Notes: a model not told the origin generated them from the letters alone. 64,000 bases of DNA from Acutalibacteraceae bacterium (GCA_963618495.1 CAVESF010000003.1:7190-71189), one strand, 5' to 3'; shown: positions 1-9,427, counted from the first letter of the stretch. Numbers and translations are program-made.

Positions 1-386
1 TGCGCGTAATTTACCATTAGATAGATATTGCCCATTCCCGCAAAGCGTGAATTATCCGTAAAATCCGAATCCGTCGGAATCCATTCGAGCCTGTTTTCTA
101 TTCCGAAAACGGGTTTTTCGTTTTTCAGTGTGCCGCTCCAGAATTCGAGAAGCAAATCTTCTTCGCAATATGTGAGGTCTATGAGATGGGAGATGCTTAT
201 ATCTTCGCGACTAATGGCAGTTTCTTCAAAAAGCTCGCGATATGCCGCTGCTTCGCTCCCTTCTCCCTCTTCAATGCTTCCTCCGACAAAATTCAGCTTA
301 CCCTTGTGCGGTGCTTTTCTCCGCAGGCACATGAGGATTTTACTTCTGTCAGGCGAAAAAACGAGTATCAGATTATATTTTTTCAT
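1..386 (-). CDS. NUDIX hydrolase (3' end runs off the window edge)
   Basis: Minus-strand ATG at 386 gives MKKYNLILVFSPDRSKILMCLRRKAPHKGKLNFVGGSIEEGEGSEAAAYRELFEETA..., a complete Nudix box (GX5EX7REUXEEXGU). The frame is still open at position 1. It is absent from the ORF track because it is truncated. Confidence 0.75.
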   Translation of the reverse strand, partial: MKKYNLILVFSPDRSKILMCLRRKAPHKGKLNFVGGSIEEGEGSEAAAYRELFEETAISREDISISHLIDLTYCEEDLLLEFWSGTLKNEKPVFGIENRLEWIPTDSDFTDNSRFAGMGNIYLMVNYA

Positions 387-393
387 ATCGCGC

Positions 394-1176
394 TCACTTT
401 CCGTGCTTTCTGTATTCGCCTGTGGTGATGCCTGTGGTTTTGCGGAACTGGCGGCAGAAATACGCGCAGTCATAGAAGCCGAGCAGACTCGAAATATGCT
501 CTATCGTATAGTCCGAGGTATCGAGCAGGAGCTTTGCTTTGCTTATTTTCGATTTCATCAGATACTCGGAAAAAGAGATGCCGACGGTGGCAGAGAAGAG
601 TCTGCCGAAATAATCGGTGCTGTAGCCGTAAATTTTTGCCGTCTGCGAGAGAGAACCGATGCTCTCGGGCGCGAAATCCATTTGTTCAGTCAGCTTTTTT
701 ATCATGGCGTCATGCGGGGATTCGATTATCGGCGCGGGCGTTTTCGGCGAGCCGCCGAAAAACTCCGTCAGAGCGCAGTGCAGAAATTCCGCCGCGCTTT
801 CGTTTTCGCCTTTATTATAATAGAAGATGACGCGACGAAGCAGGCGCGAATAAAATTCCGTATCGGGGATGGTTTTGCAGACGGTTTTCTTCGGGAAAAC
901 TGCCATATTTTTCGGTGAAAAATGAACATTGAGTGCGAGAAGACGGTCGTTTACATCGTGCGATGCATTATACTGTGTATTCGGGCAGAGCAGAAAGCTC
1001 TTTCCGGCGGTTATCTCTATCGGTTCGCCGCCGCAGATAATTTTTCCCTTGCCGCGGAGTACCGTCCACAGGTCATAATCGGGAAAACCCGCAGTATTCC
1101 AGCTCCAGTCCGCAGGGCAATCCGATATGCCGCAGGAATTTATCCTGATATCCAGTTCATGAAGCGCTTCTTCCAT
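394..1176 (-). CDS. AraC/XylS family transcriptional regulator (cupin N-domain + double HTH)
   Basis: 260-aa ORF. The C-terminal half (..TAKIYGYSTDYFGRLFSATVGISFSEYLMKSKISKAKLLL..GFYDCAYFCRQFRKTTGITTGEYR) is a typical AraC HTH pair. A GGAGGAGG RBS lies upstream of the ATG. Confidence 0.85.
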   Translation of the reverse strand: MEEALHELDIRINSCGISDCPADWSWNTAGFPDYDLWTVLRGKGKIICGGEPIEITAGKSFLLCPNTQYNASHDVNDRLLALNVHFSPKNMAVFPKKTVCKTIPDTEFYSRLLRRVIFYYNKGENESAAEFLHCALTEFFGGSPKTPAPIIESPHDAMIKKLTEQMDFAPESIGSLSQTAKIYGYSTDYFGRLFSATVGISFSEYLMKSKISKAKLLLDTSDYTIEHISSLLGFYDCAYFCRQFRKTTGITTGEYRKHGK

Positions 1177-1361
1177 AGCCTCCTCCGAAAAAAGTTTCTC
1201 ATGTCGTAATAATACAATGAATTATTGCATAAGTCAATAGACAAATCGCTTTTTCTGTGATAAAATAAAAATAAATATCGGAAGAGCCGATTTTTTTTTG
1301 CGTAAAGAGCAAATCCGCCATCGCATCGCGCGACTAATATAAAAAACGGGAGGCAGAAATA

Positions 1362-1913
1362 ATGATTTTTTTATTTATCGCCGCTGCCGCGGCACTTTGT
1401 GCAGCGATTTTTTACGGAAGAATTTTATTTAAGCGGTTTTCATTTGCGGCTCGGATGAAAAAGGCGTGCAGGGAGAGCGGCTACGGCTTTTCGCCGACTC
1501 ACGCATTCTGGCTCATCGGCTGGACGCGCGGCAAAAAATGCGATTTCTACATTGAAAAGCCCGAGGGCATTTATGCCGTCAAACTTATCGGCGCGGTGTC
1601 GCGCACAGCGCTTTTCAATTACATCAACGAGGGGCATTATGCCGTGCGCGATCTGACTTTTCATACGCGCTACGTTTCCATGGGCATACCGTATAAGGCA
1701 AAAAGCAAAAGCAAATACGATTTTATCGGCGCTTTGCCGAAGGCATGGCGTGTAAAAGAAATAATTCCCGCGATAGTGATGGTTCCCGTTTCGTGCTTTG
1801 TCACCTGCTCGCATGGCGGCGAAATGAAGCCGATTTCCGATGGGGATAAGATAGCCGAGGGGACTTTTTATACCGGCTCGGGCTTTATAAAGGAGATTCT
1901 CCTCAAAAAATGA
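1362..1913 (+). CDS. hypothetical protein with N-terminal transmembrane anchor
   Basis: 183-aa ORF with a GGGAGG RBS. It has a hydrophobic N-terminus (MIFLFIAAAAALCAAIFYG). I recognise no family. Confidence 0.5.
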   Translation: MIFLFIAAAAALCAAIFYGRILFKRFSFAARMKKACRESGYGFSPTHAFWLIGWTRGKKCDFYIEKPEGIYAVKLIGAVSRTALFNYINEGHYAVRDLTFHTRYVSMGIPYKAKSKSKYDFIGALPKAWRVKEIIPAIVMVPVSCFVTCSHGGEMKPISDGDKIAEGTFYTGSGFIKEILLKK

Positions 1914-1998
1914 TAAAAACTCAACTTTTTTCATGAAAACGCCAACCGTTTGATTTTTTTCGCCACTATATAGGCAAACGGCGTCGGAGTAATAAAAA

Positions 1999-2485
1999 AT
2001 GGATAAACAGAAAGCGGACAGAATAATAACGATATCTCGAAAAAATCTACGGATTTGCCTACAAAAAGGCTTTTTCCTACGATGAAGCAGAGGAGCTTTC
2101 TTCGCTTCTCTCGGAAAAGATATATACCTCGCTTCTCGCATACAGTGAGGATATATACAATATCGAGGGCTTCATATGGCGGCTTTGCGAGCATAACTAT
2201 GCAAAATTTGTAGCCGCGAACAAGCGGCACGAGGGCATTTCCATAGACGGTGCGGATATTCCTTATGACGAGCCTTTTTTCGAGGAGCTTGACGGCGCAC
2301 ATGATGAAATCCTGCGCCTGCGCCGGGAAATTGCTTTTCTTTCACGCGACCGCAGAAAGATAGTTTATTCATTTTATTACGAAAACAAGTCCATCGCCCG
2401 CATATCGGGCGAGACGGGTATACCCGAAGGCACGGCAAAATGGCATCTGAACAAAGCAAAAAAAGATTTGAAGGAAGGTATTATC
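1999..2485 (+). pseudogene. sigma-70 family (region 2 + region 4) module, frame-disrupted near codon 11 and lacking a stop codon
   Basis: ATG 1999 reads MDKQKADRIIT.. and stops at 2083-2085. The +1 frame, opened after TAA TAA at 2024-2029, reads RYLEKIYGFAYKKAFSYDEAEEL...LSRDRRKIVYSFYYENKSIARISGETGIPEGTAKWHLNKAKKDLKEG. That frame has no ATG/GTG/TTG before 2468 and no stop before 3622. Confidence 0.5.
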
Positions 2486-3622
2486 ATGGAAAGAAAGATA
2501 GGAAAACTCGGACTTAATCCCGTAGAGGCGGGAGTAATCGGTCACAGCGGATACCCCGGAAATCTCGGATATCCCATGGCACTTCTGGAGGAAAAACTGA
2601 ATCTGAATATAGTATACAGCGTTTATTTTTATCCGAAAACGAAAGACGAAATAGCCGAAGAACTCGGTGTGACACCCGTTTTCATAGAGGACAAGATAAA
2701 TGTGCTCGAATCAAACGGAATTCTTGTCCGCAAGGCGGGCGGCAAATATACGACATATGTAAATTTTAAGCCGCAGACATATTCAAGAGAATCGGACGAC
2801 AAGCGCTATATGAAGCAGCATGAGGCGGCGGAAATGCTCGTGCGCGAATATGTGCCGCAGGTGCGCGCCGCAGTGGCGGATTTCAATGATATCTATATCC
2901 CGGGCGGAAACAGAGAGCTTTTTGAAGCGTTGGCAATATTCTACGGCATATGCAAGACACACATAGATGTGCCGAAAAAAGATATCGGCAGATATCGCAT
3001 CAAGTCTGCCGACGGCGGCTCTGCCGTTGTCTATGTAGAGCTTAATAGCATGCCGCGCGACCCCGACTACAGCATGAAATTCTCATATGAAGATTACGGT
3101 GTCTGCGGAGCAATGAGCAGAGGCAGCGATGTATATCCCGTTGATTCTATATCATGGGATACGAGATACTGCTCGCGCAAGGGATATTGGAAAAACAACC
3201 TCACCGATGATTATGTCTGGCTCTATGAAGCATACACGGGACTTATCAGCGACGACAATGTAAACGGATATAAATTCAGGCGCCTGCGCGAAAGAGGTTA
3301 TCTGACAGACGACGGCAATGTGAACATAATGGTGGCAAAGGGATGCCCCGACACGCTTCGCAAACTGGTACCCGCCATTTCAAACGAAGTAAAGGATAAA
3401 TTTGCCGCGTTTGCGCTCGAATGCGCTATGCAGGAGGCAAAGGATTATCCGCCACAGATGCAGGACTATATAGTCGCAAGCTCTGCAAGCGGATTTATCG
3501 GAAGCACCGTGGCACTGATGGTGCTCGACATACTCTATGGCAACGGCACATTCAAGCCGCTTGCCGAAAGCGAAAAGACGACAGCGGAACTGATAATGTT
3601 TGCGGATAAACTGCCGCAGTAA
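2486..3622 (+). CDS. uncharacterised protein with winged-helix-like segment, in frame with the upstream sigma-like module
   Basis: ATG 2486 is preceded by a GAAGGAAGG RBS (the track ORF starts at TTG 2468). The protein reads MERKIGKLGLNPVE... and contains ..KDEIAEELGVTPVFIEDKINVLESNGILVRKAGGKYTTY.., which looks like a MarR/ArsR-type wHTH. A terminator hairpin follows. Confidence 0.6.
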   Translation: MERKIGKLGLNPVEAGVIGHSGYPGNLGYPMALLEEKLNLNIVYSVYFYPKTKDEIAEELGVTPVFIEDKINVLESNGILVRKAGGKYTTYVNFKPQTYSRESDDKRYMKQHEAAEMLVREYVPQVRAAVADFNDIYIPGGNRELFEALAIFYGICKTHIDVPKKDIGRYRIKSADGGSAVVYVELNSMPRDPDYSMKFSYEDYGVCGAMSRGSDVYPVDSISWDTRYCSRKGYWKNNLTDDYVWLYEAYTGLISDDNVNGYKFRRLRERGYLTDDGNVNIMVAKGCPDTLRKLVPAISNEVKDKFAAFALECAMQEAKDYPPQMQDYIVASSASGFIGSTVALMVLDILYGNGTFKPLAESEKTTAELIMFADKLPQ

Positions 3623-3624
3623 AA

Positions 3625-3658
3625 AGCAAGTCCGACGGTCTCCCTCGTCGGGCTTGCT
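3625..3658. terminator. bidirectional hairpin terminator between convergent genes
   Basis: AGCAAGTCCGACG-gtctccct-CGTCGGGCTTGCT forms a 13-bp stem (one G-U pair). It has an A-run on the left and T-rich sequence on the right. Confidence 0.7.
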
Positions 3659-3670
3659 ACTTTATATCGT

Positions 3671-4093
3671 TTATATTATATAATCGCAGTTTTCGGGAGC
3701 TTTTATGAGGTCGGCTATCGTGATGCCGTCAAAAAACTCGTCCGTCATTTTCTTATATTCGCGCCACATGGGGAGCGTCCTGCAATATGAAGTGCGCGGA
3801 CACGACGCGGCACCGCAGGCAAGGCATGCGACAGGCGCCATATCACCCTCGGTCAGGCGCAGAATCTCGCCCACTGTATAATCCTCGGGTTCGCGGCAGA
3901 GCTTATAGCCGCCACCCTTGCCGTGGATTCCCTCGATAAGCGCACCTTTGGCAAGCAGAGGCGTGATTTTTTCTATATATTTGAGCGAGATTTCCTGCCG
4001 TTCCGCTATTTCGCGAAGCGGGATATAGCCGCCCCTGTGCTCCGCTAAGTCTATCATGATTCTGACGGCATATCTTCCGCGTGTCGATATCAT
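3671..4093 (-). CDS. Rrf2 family transcriptional regulator (CymR/IscR-like, Cys-cluster type)
   Basis: MISTRGRYAVRIMIDLAEH..IPLREIAERQEISLKYIEKI is an Rrf2 wHTH. It carries a C-terminal Cys cluster, CLACGAASCPRTSYC. It lies directly downstream of cysK. Confidence 0.85.
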   Translation of the reverse strand: MISTRGRYAVRIMIDLAEHRGGYIPLREIAERQEISLKYIEKITPLLAKGALIEGIHGKGGGYKLCREPEDYTVGEILRLTEGDMAPVACLACGAASCPRTSYCRTLPMWREYKKMTDEFFDGITIADLIKAPENCDYII

Positions 4094-4177
4094 ATCTATC
4101 TTTTCCTTTAGCTTATTATTTTGCGGAAACGATGGTTCCGCCGCCGCTCATGGCTACGAGTATTTTCTTCTGTCGGT

Positions 4178-5110
4178 TCAGTCGGCGAAAAGCGGAGTGG
4201 AGAGATAGCGGTCGCCTGTATCGGGGAGGAGAACGACTATCGTTTTGCCCTCGTTTTCGGGCTTCTTTGCCAGCTCTATTGCCGCCCATACGGCCGCACC
4301 CGAGGAAATGCCGACGAGCACGCCCTCGCTCTTGCCGATAAACTTGCCTGTGGCGAAAGCATCCTCATTTGCAACGGGGATAATCTCGTCATAAATCTTT
4401 GTATCGAGAACATCGGGAACAAAGCCCGCGCCGATGCCCTGAATCTTATGCGGACCTGCTATGCCTGTCGAAAGTACGGCGGACGTTGCAGGCTCGACTG
4501 CTACAACCTTTACTGAGGGAAGCTTTGACTTCAGATATTTGCCGACGCCTGTTATTGTGCCGCCCGTGCCGACGCCCGCTACGAAATAGTCGATATTGCC
4601 GTTTGTATCCTCATATATTTCGGGACCCGTGGTATTAAAATGCGCCTGCGGATTTGCAGGGTTTACAAACTGCCCTGGAATGAAGCTGTCCGAAATCTCG
4701 CGCGCCAGCTCCTCTGCTTTGGCGATAGCGCCTTTCATACCCTTTGCGCCCTCGGAGAGGACGAGCTCGGCGCCGTATGCTTTCATTATCTGACGACGCT
4801 CTACGGACATTGTTGCGGGCATGACGATGATGATGCGATAGCCTCTTGCCGCGGCAACAGAGGCAAGACCTATGCCTGTATTTCCCGAGGTAGGCTCGAT
4901 GATTACGGAGCCTTTCTTGAGCAGTCCTTTCTTCTCTGCATCGTCAATCATAGCCTTTGCCACTCTGTCCTTGACAGAACCCGCGGGATTGAAATATTCG
5001 AGTTTGGCTACGATTTTTGCCTTGAGTCCGAGTTTTTCTTCGATATGAGAGAGCTCGAGAAGCGGAGTTTTGCCGATGAGCTCATCGGCGCTTTTATAGA
5101 TTTTTGACAT
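4178..5110 (-). CDS. cysK: cysteine synthase A (O-acetylserine sulfhydrylase)
   Basis: [46 protein letters not shown] are PLP-dependent CysK motifs. I chose ATG 5110 (AAGGAGAT RBS) rather than the longer track start at 5164. Confidence 0.92.
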   Translation of the reverse strand: MSKIYKSADELIGKTPLLELSHIEEKLGLKAKIVAKLEYFNPAGSVKDRVAKAMIDDAEKKGLLKKGSVIIEPTSGNTGIGLASVAAARGYRIIIVMPATMSVERRQIMKAYGAELVLSEGAKGMKGAIAKAEELAREISDSFIPGQFVNPANPQAHFNTTGPEIYEDTNGNIDYFVAGVGTGGTITGVGKYLKSKLPSVKVVAVEPATSAVLSTGIAGPHKIQGIGAGFVPDVLDTKIYDEIIPVANEDAFATGKFIGKSEGVLVGISSGAAVWAAIELAKKPENEGKTIVVLLPDTGDRYLSTPLFAD

Positions 5111-5175
5111 GATAATATCTCCTTTTTTCGCGTATTTATTGATTTGCCATTTACCTACCAACATAGTATGCAGGT

Positions 5176-5204
5176 ATTATAATACCGCCTTGCTGATTTG
5201 TCAA
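5176..5204 (-). promoter_or_regulatory. consensus sigma-A promoter for cysK
   Basis: On the minus strand: TTGACA (5204-5199), a 17-nt spacer, then TATAAT (5181-5176), about 65 nt upstream of the cysK ATG. Confidence 0.6.
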
Positions 5205-5244
5205 GGGGTTTACGGAAAAAATATGAAATTTTTCGCAAATAGAG

Positions 5245-5272
5245 ACAGAGCACACATTTCGGTGCGCTCTGT
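5245..5272 (-). terminator. hairpin terminator after the LysR-family gene
   Basis: ACAGAGCACAC-atttcg-GTGCGCTCTGT forms an 11-bp stem with one mismatch, 9 nt beyond the stop at 5281. The U-tract is weak. Confidence 0.45.
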
Positions 5273-5280
5273 AATTTCTG

Positions 5281-6201
5281 TCAGAATATCTCATTTTTCA
5301 TGCGGTTCAGCTCCGCTATGAAAGCCGTGTCGAGGTCGGTGAGCTTATAATCTTTGCGGCGGATTATCACATCTCTGTATGCCTTTTTATTCTCATCGCA
5401 GGTGCGGCAGACGAGAGAGTAGCGCTCAAGCGTCTTTTTGGGGACCGGCGAAACCCACATAAATGTGTCCGTATTTTCCGAGAGCAGTTCATACTGACTG
5501 CCACGCTCGAAAACAAATATGCGCCGTCTGATATCGGGAAGCTCCTCTTTTTTCACGGCTTCCGTCGGAAGCGAGGGGACGAAAGGATCGCCGTGTGCTA
5601 TTTCTATATGCTCGGCAAGGTCGGCAAAGGTTATCTTTTCCTTTTTTGCGAGCTGAGAATTTTCGCTCATGACGAGCGCATATGTAAATTCCGCTATCAG
5701 CTCGTGTGAAAGCTCCTTTTCATCGAGCATTTTTTTATAATATTTGTCGTAATTTTCCGCGTAGCGCACGATGCCGAGCCTGTATTCCTCCTCAAGGATA
5801 TTTTTTATCGCCCGCAGGGAATTTGTTTCCTTATAGAAAATTTCAATCTCGTTTTCCGAAGAAAGATGCTTGGAAAATTCGGTGAATGCCGCCGAAATAT
5901 AGCTCGCTCTCGGAACGGAAACGGAAAAGCGCTTCTTCGGCGCGGCTGTCTTTTTAAACATGCTTTCAAGCGTATTTACCTGATTTAAAATGGTCCTGGC
6001 GTATATCAGAAAAGCCTCGCCGTCGGTCGTCGGTCGCATGCCTCTTGCCGAACGCTCAAAGATTGTGACGCCGAGAGAGGATTCCAGTTCCTTTATCGAA
6101 CGGCTCAGATTCGGCTGGTCTATATAGAGCTTTTCCGCCGCTTTGTTTATCGAGCCGCAGGCGGCAACCTCAACGGCATATTTCAGATAGAGAAGATTCA
6201 T
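5281..6201 (-). CDS. LysR family transcriptional regulator
   Basis: The N-terminus MNLLYLKYAVEVAACGSINKAAEKLYIDQPNLSRSIKELESSLGVTIFERSARG is a LysR HTH. The protein is 306 aa. The gene starts 18 nt after the ECF S-component stop. Confidence 0.85.
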   Translation of the reverse strand: MNLLYLKYAVEVAACGSINKAAEKLYIDQPNLSRSIKELESSLGVTIFERSARGMRPTTDGEAFLIYARTILNQVNTLESMFKKTAAPKKRFSVSVPRASYISAAFTEFSKHLSSENEIEIFYKETNSLRAIKNILEEEYRLGIVRYAENYDKYYKKMLDEKELSHELIAEFTYALVMSENSQLAKKEKITFADLAEHIEIAHGDPFVPSLPTEAVKKEELPDIRRRIFVFERGSQYELLSENTDTFMWVSPVPKKTLERYSLVCRTCDENKKAYRDVIIRRKDYKLTDLDTAFIAELNRMKNEIF

Positions 6202-6219
6202 ATTTTTTCCTTTCCGAGG

Positions 6220-6915
6220 TTAATTTGCGCTCTGCCTGTCGAGCCCGTATTTTTTCATCACGCGTCCGAGTTTTTCTCCTATCGGCTTTGCGAGAAACAG
6301 GAGAAAAAGCACATTCGAGGCGGCATAAATGAGCATGACTAAGCCCGAAGAGACGATGGCGGCAAGATAGCGCGAAAGTGAAAATTCCTCCCACCAAAGC
6401 ACTGTCCATATGTCCATGACAAGCGAATAAAATACGCCTGCGAGCCCACCGAAAATCGCAAGAGCGATTTTACTTTTTCGAAGAAGCCCGCCGAGTAGGG
6501 CGGCAAAAAGCCCGATAAGCCCCCATGCGAGCATCTGAAATGGCGTCCACGGTCCCTGCCCGAAAAGAATATTCGATAGGACAGCCGAGAGCGCACCGCC
6601 GAGAAAGCCTGACTGCGCGCCGAGGTACATTCCCGTGATTATCACTATAGCCGAAACGGGCTTGAAATGCGGTATTGCCGCGAAAGCAAATCTGCCGAGC
6701 ACGGAGAGTGCCGTCATCACGGCGAGTATCACGGCAAGCTGAACATTGCCGTTCTTTTTCTCAAAAGCGACGAAAAACGGCAGGCAGGAGAGCAGAGCAA
6801 TGCATATCGAAACAGGCAGATATGCCTTGCCGCGGAAAGCGAAAACGCCGACGGCGATGCAGAGCGGCACGAGCAGAAAAACTACGATATAGGGAAAAGC
6901 AGACTTGAATTTCAT
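6220..6915 (-). CDS. ECF transporter substrate-specific (S) component
   Basis: I chose start MKFKSAFPYIVVFLL.. at 6915, which makes an ATGA overlap with the ATPase stop. The protein is about 230 aa and highly hydrophobic with multiple predicted TM helices. It is the last gene of the ECF operon. Confidence 0.7.
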   Translation of the reverse strand: MKFKSAFPYIVVFLLVPLCIAVGVFAFRGKAYLPVSICIALLSCLPFFVAFEKKNGNVQLAVILAVMTALSVLGRFAFAAIPHFKPVSAIVIITGMYLGAQSGFLGGALSAVLSNILFGQGPWTPFQMLAWGLIGLFAALLGGLLRKSKIALAIFGGLAGVFYSLVMDIWTVLWWEEFSLSRYLAAIVSSGLVMLIYAASNVLFLLFLAKPIGEKLGRVMKKYGLDRQSAN

Positions 6916-8564
6916 GAGTGCTCTCCTTTCGCGAGAAGAATCACATCGTCCGCGGTGACGGCATTTTCGAATATGCCGCGCGAAATGCGGCTTGCCGCCG
7001 TGGTATAAAAATCGTTGCAACTGAAAAATTTCCGTGGCGGAGAGGGAGAAATCACCTCGCCGTCAAAGAAGAGCGCACATCTGTCCGACGCTACGGCGGC
7101 AAACTCCGTGTCGTGCGTTACGATGACGACGGTGACGCCATCGCTTTTCAGCGAGGCGAGAATATCGCGCAGGATAAGCTTTGCATGCGCGTCGATGCCT
7201 TTGGTCGGCTCGTCGAGAAGCAGAATTTCAGGCTCGGATAGCAGAATCTTCGCAAGAGCGCATTTCTGAGCTTCGCCGCCGGAGAGGTCGTACGGATGTT
7301 TGACGAAAAGACGGGAAATGCCTAACTTTTCGGAGACGGTGCGGATTTTTTTCTCTGTCTGCGCGGCGGAATATCCGAGCACGCGGCACATATCGCGCAG
7401 GTCGCCCTCCACCGTATCGCGCAGAAAGACATCGTGTACATTCTGAGGGAGAAGCGCAACATTATGAAAATGAAGTTCGTTTCCGCGATATTCTTTTATA
7501 TTCCTGCCGAGGAGCTTTATCTTGCCGCGATAGGGCTTTTCTGTACCGCTGAGAATTTTCAGCGCAGTGGTTTTTCCCGCGCCGTTTCCGCCGAGCAGGG
7601 AGAATATTTCGCCGCGCCTTACGGAAAGATTCAAGCCGCGCAGGATATCCGGCGCATTCCGCTCATAGCGGAACCACACATTTTTCATCTCTATTGCGTT
7701 TTCACATTCTGTCGCCGCATTATCGGGCAGAGAAGCGCCGCGACGAATGTTGAGCGACGCAAGAAAACGCCTGCCCTCACGCACTGTGAGCGGCGATTCG
7801 CCTGCGCCGAACGCCGCGGATATCCTCGCGGCGGCAGGGAAGCCCGCGCTTATCGGATGCTTCCCGAGCGCGGCGCAGATATTTCGTGGGCTGTCAAAGG
7901 CAATCAGTTTGCCGCCTTCCATGACGGCGGCGCGGTCGGCTATCGGGAAAAGCTCCTCGAGCCTGTGCTCGGCTATTATCACCGTTATGCCGAGGTCGCG
8001 GTTCAGCCTGTAAATATCGGAAATGAAATCAGATGCCGAGACTGGGTCAAGCTGTGCCGTCGGCTCATCAAGAAGCAGAAGCCGCGGCGAGAGCGCCATG
8101 ACCGAAGCGAGCGAAAGCAGCTGTTTCTGCCCGCCGGAGAGGGAAGCCGTATCTGCGCGAAACCATGAATCTATGCCGAAATAGCCCGCCATTTCTCCTG
8201 CGCGAAGGCGTATTTTTTCGCTCTCGAAGCCGAGTCCCTCCATGCCGAAGGCAAGCTCATGCCAAACCTTGTCCGTGACAATCTGCGCTTCGGGATTCTG
8301 CATTACATAGCCTATACCGGAGGAGGATTCACGCTCGTCAATTTCGCTCTGCGGCTTGCCGAAAAGCGAAATTTCGCCGCTTATTTCTCCTGCGGGGGCA
8401 AGTTCGCGCTTGAGCAGACGGAGCAGGGTCGTTTTGCCGCAGCCCGACTCACCGCAGAGCACTATAAATTCGCCCTCGGGAACGGAAAACGAAATGTTTT
8501 CGAGCGCGGGAGAAGCGGCATCGGGATATAAAAAATTCAGATTTTTGACCGTAAGTATTTCCAT
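6912..8564 (-). CDS. ecfA: ECF transporter ATPase, fused EcfA-EcfA' (two ABC domains)
   Basis: I chose start MEILTVKNL.. at 8564 (AAGGAGG RBS). It has two Walker A motifs (GESGCGKTT, GGNGAGKTT) and two signature motifs (LSGGQKQ, LSGGEAQ). The 161-codon upstream extension in the track has no support. Confidence 0.9.
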   Translation of the reverse strand: MEILTVKNLNFLYPDAASPALENISFSVPEGEFIVLCGESGCGKTTLLRLLKRELAPAGEISGEISLFGKPQSEIDERESSSGIGYVMQNPEAQIVTDKVWHELAFGMEGLGFESEKIRLRAGEMAGYFGIDSWFRADTASLSGGQKQLLSLASVMALSPRLLLLDEPTAQLDPVSASDFISDIYRLNRDLGITVIIAEHRLEELFPIADRAAVMEGGKLIAFDSPRNICAALGKHPISAGFPAAARISAAFGAGESPLTVREGRRFLASLNIRRGASLPDNAATECENAIEMKNVWFRYERNAPDILRGLNLSVRRGEIFSLLGGNGAGKTTALKILSGTEKPYRGKIKLLGRNIKEYRGNELHFHNVALLPQNVHDVFLRDTVEGDLRDMCRVLGYSAAQTEKKIRTVSEKLGISRLFVKHPYDLSGGEAQKCALAKILLSEPEILLLDEPTKGIDAHAKLILRDILASLKSDGVTVVIVTHDTEFAAVASDRCALFFDGEVISPSPPRKFFSCNDFYTTAASRISRGIFENAVTADDVILLAKGEHS

Positions 8565-9427
8565 CGGAGCGCCTCCTTTACTTCGAAAATAAAGGGGAAA
8601 AGCGAAAATGCCGCGAGCGCCGCATAAAGGCAGACGGCGGCGGGCGAAAAGCTTATTTTTTCTATTCTCGGGTAGAAAGAAAATGTAAAGACGTCGAGCC
8701 GGATGCCGAGAATAGATATAATAACAAGCGCGGCGGCGCAGAAAGAGAGGATGCCGTCGCCTGCGGTGAAGCGGAAAGGCGCGAATTTTGTTCTGCCGCG
8801 CAGTCCGTAGCCGCGCGCCCTCATCGACGCGGCGGTGTCCGCCGTACCCTCGAGCGCCCATGTCACAAGAGCGGAGAATATGCGCGCATTGCAGGCGATT
8901 TTTGAGACAAATCCCTTTTCGGAATAATATCCCATCGCTTTCTGCGCGTCGGAAAGTTCTCTGTGCTTGCGCCTGAAAAGAGGAATAAAGCGCAGTGCCA
9001 TCGTCAGCACAAGCGATATTTTCGGCAGGATGCCGCCGAAAACGCATATGAGCTTATCCGAGGTCATAACTGCGGAAAAGCACCTGCACCACACAATCAC
9101 CGTTATCATGACGGCGGAAATGTCCGCGCCGTAGAGGACAGCCTCGAGCGTTACGGGATTGCCGTTCAGAAAGAAAAGCGGCGTCGCTCCGTTATGCGAA
9201 AAGAGCGGATTGGCAAGCGAGAGCAGGATAAAAAGCACAAGATAAAAGGCGATATCGGATAAGAATTTTCTCCACTGTATCGCAGCGGAAAAAAGCAAAC
9301 CGCCGAGGAGCATAATGCCGACGGAGACGGGATTTGCGATGAAAACCGTGACGACAATCAGCGACATGAGAAAGAGAAACGACGGCATGGGGTGAAATAC
9401 GCCGAAAGCGATGACTTTTTCATTCAT
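8537..9427 (-). CDS. ecfT: ECF transporter transmembrane (T) component, CbiQ/EcfT family
   Basis: 296-aa polytopic membrane protein containing ..TADTAASMRARGYG.. (EcfT coupling-helix AxxxRG motif). It overlaps the ATPase start by 28 nt. Confidence 0.85.
   Translation of the reverse strand: MNEKVIAFGVFHPMPSFLFLMSLIVVTVFIANPVSVGIMLLGGLLFSAAIQWRKFLSDIAFYLVLFILLSLANPLFSHNGATPLFFLNGNPVTLEAVLYGADISAVMITVIVWCRCFSAVMTSDKLICVFGGILPKISLVLTMALRFIPLFRRKHRELSDAQKAMGYYSEKGFVSKIACNARIFSALVTWALEGTADTAASMRARGYGLRGRTKFAPFRFTAGDGILSFCAAALVIISILGIRLDVFTFSFYPRIEKISFSPAAVCLYAALAAFSLFPFIFEVKEALRWKYLRSKI

Noticed and set aside
28-918. Long ORFs in the track that lie antisense to, or out of frame with, recognisable genes. 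Examples: 28-918, 13314-14291, 18417-19415, 21275-22324, 23567-24583, 28722-30173, 33431-34327, 47430-48224, 47878-48717, 53886-54572.
   Set aside because: Each overlaps a gene with clear family motifs on the other strand or frame. Their translations are Arg/Cys/Ser-rich low-complexity sequence typical of shadow ORFs in GC-balanced DNA, and none has an RBS.
6912-9047. N-terminal extensions of track ORFs: 161 extra codons on the ECF ATPase, 35 on the S component, 18 on cysK, 35 on the P-loop gene, 59 on tetR, 27 on ispD.
   Set aside because: The extensions overlap upstream genes or promoters and lack an RBS. Internal ATGs with Shine-Dalgarno sequences give proteins starting where the families normally start.
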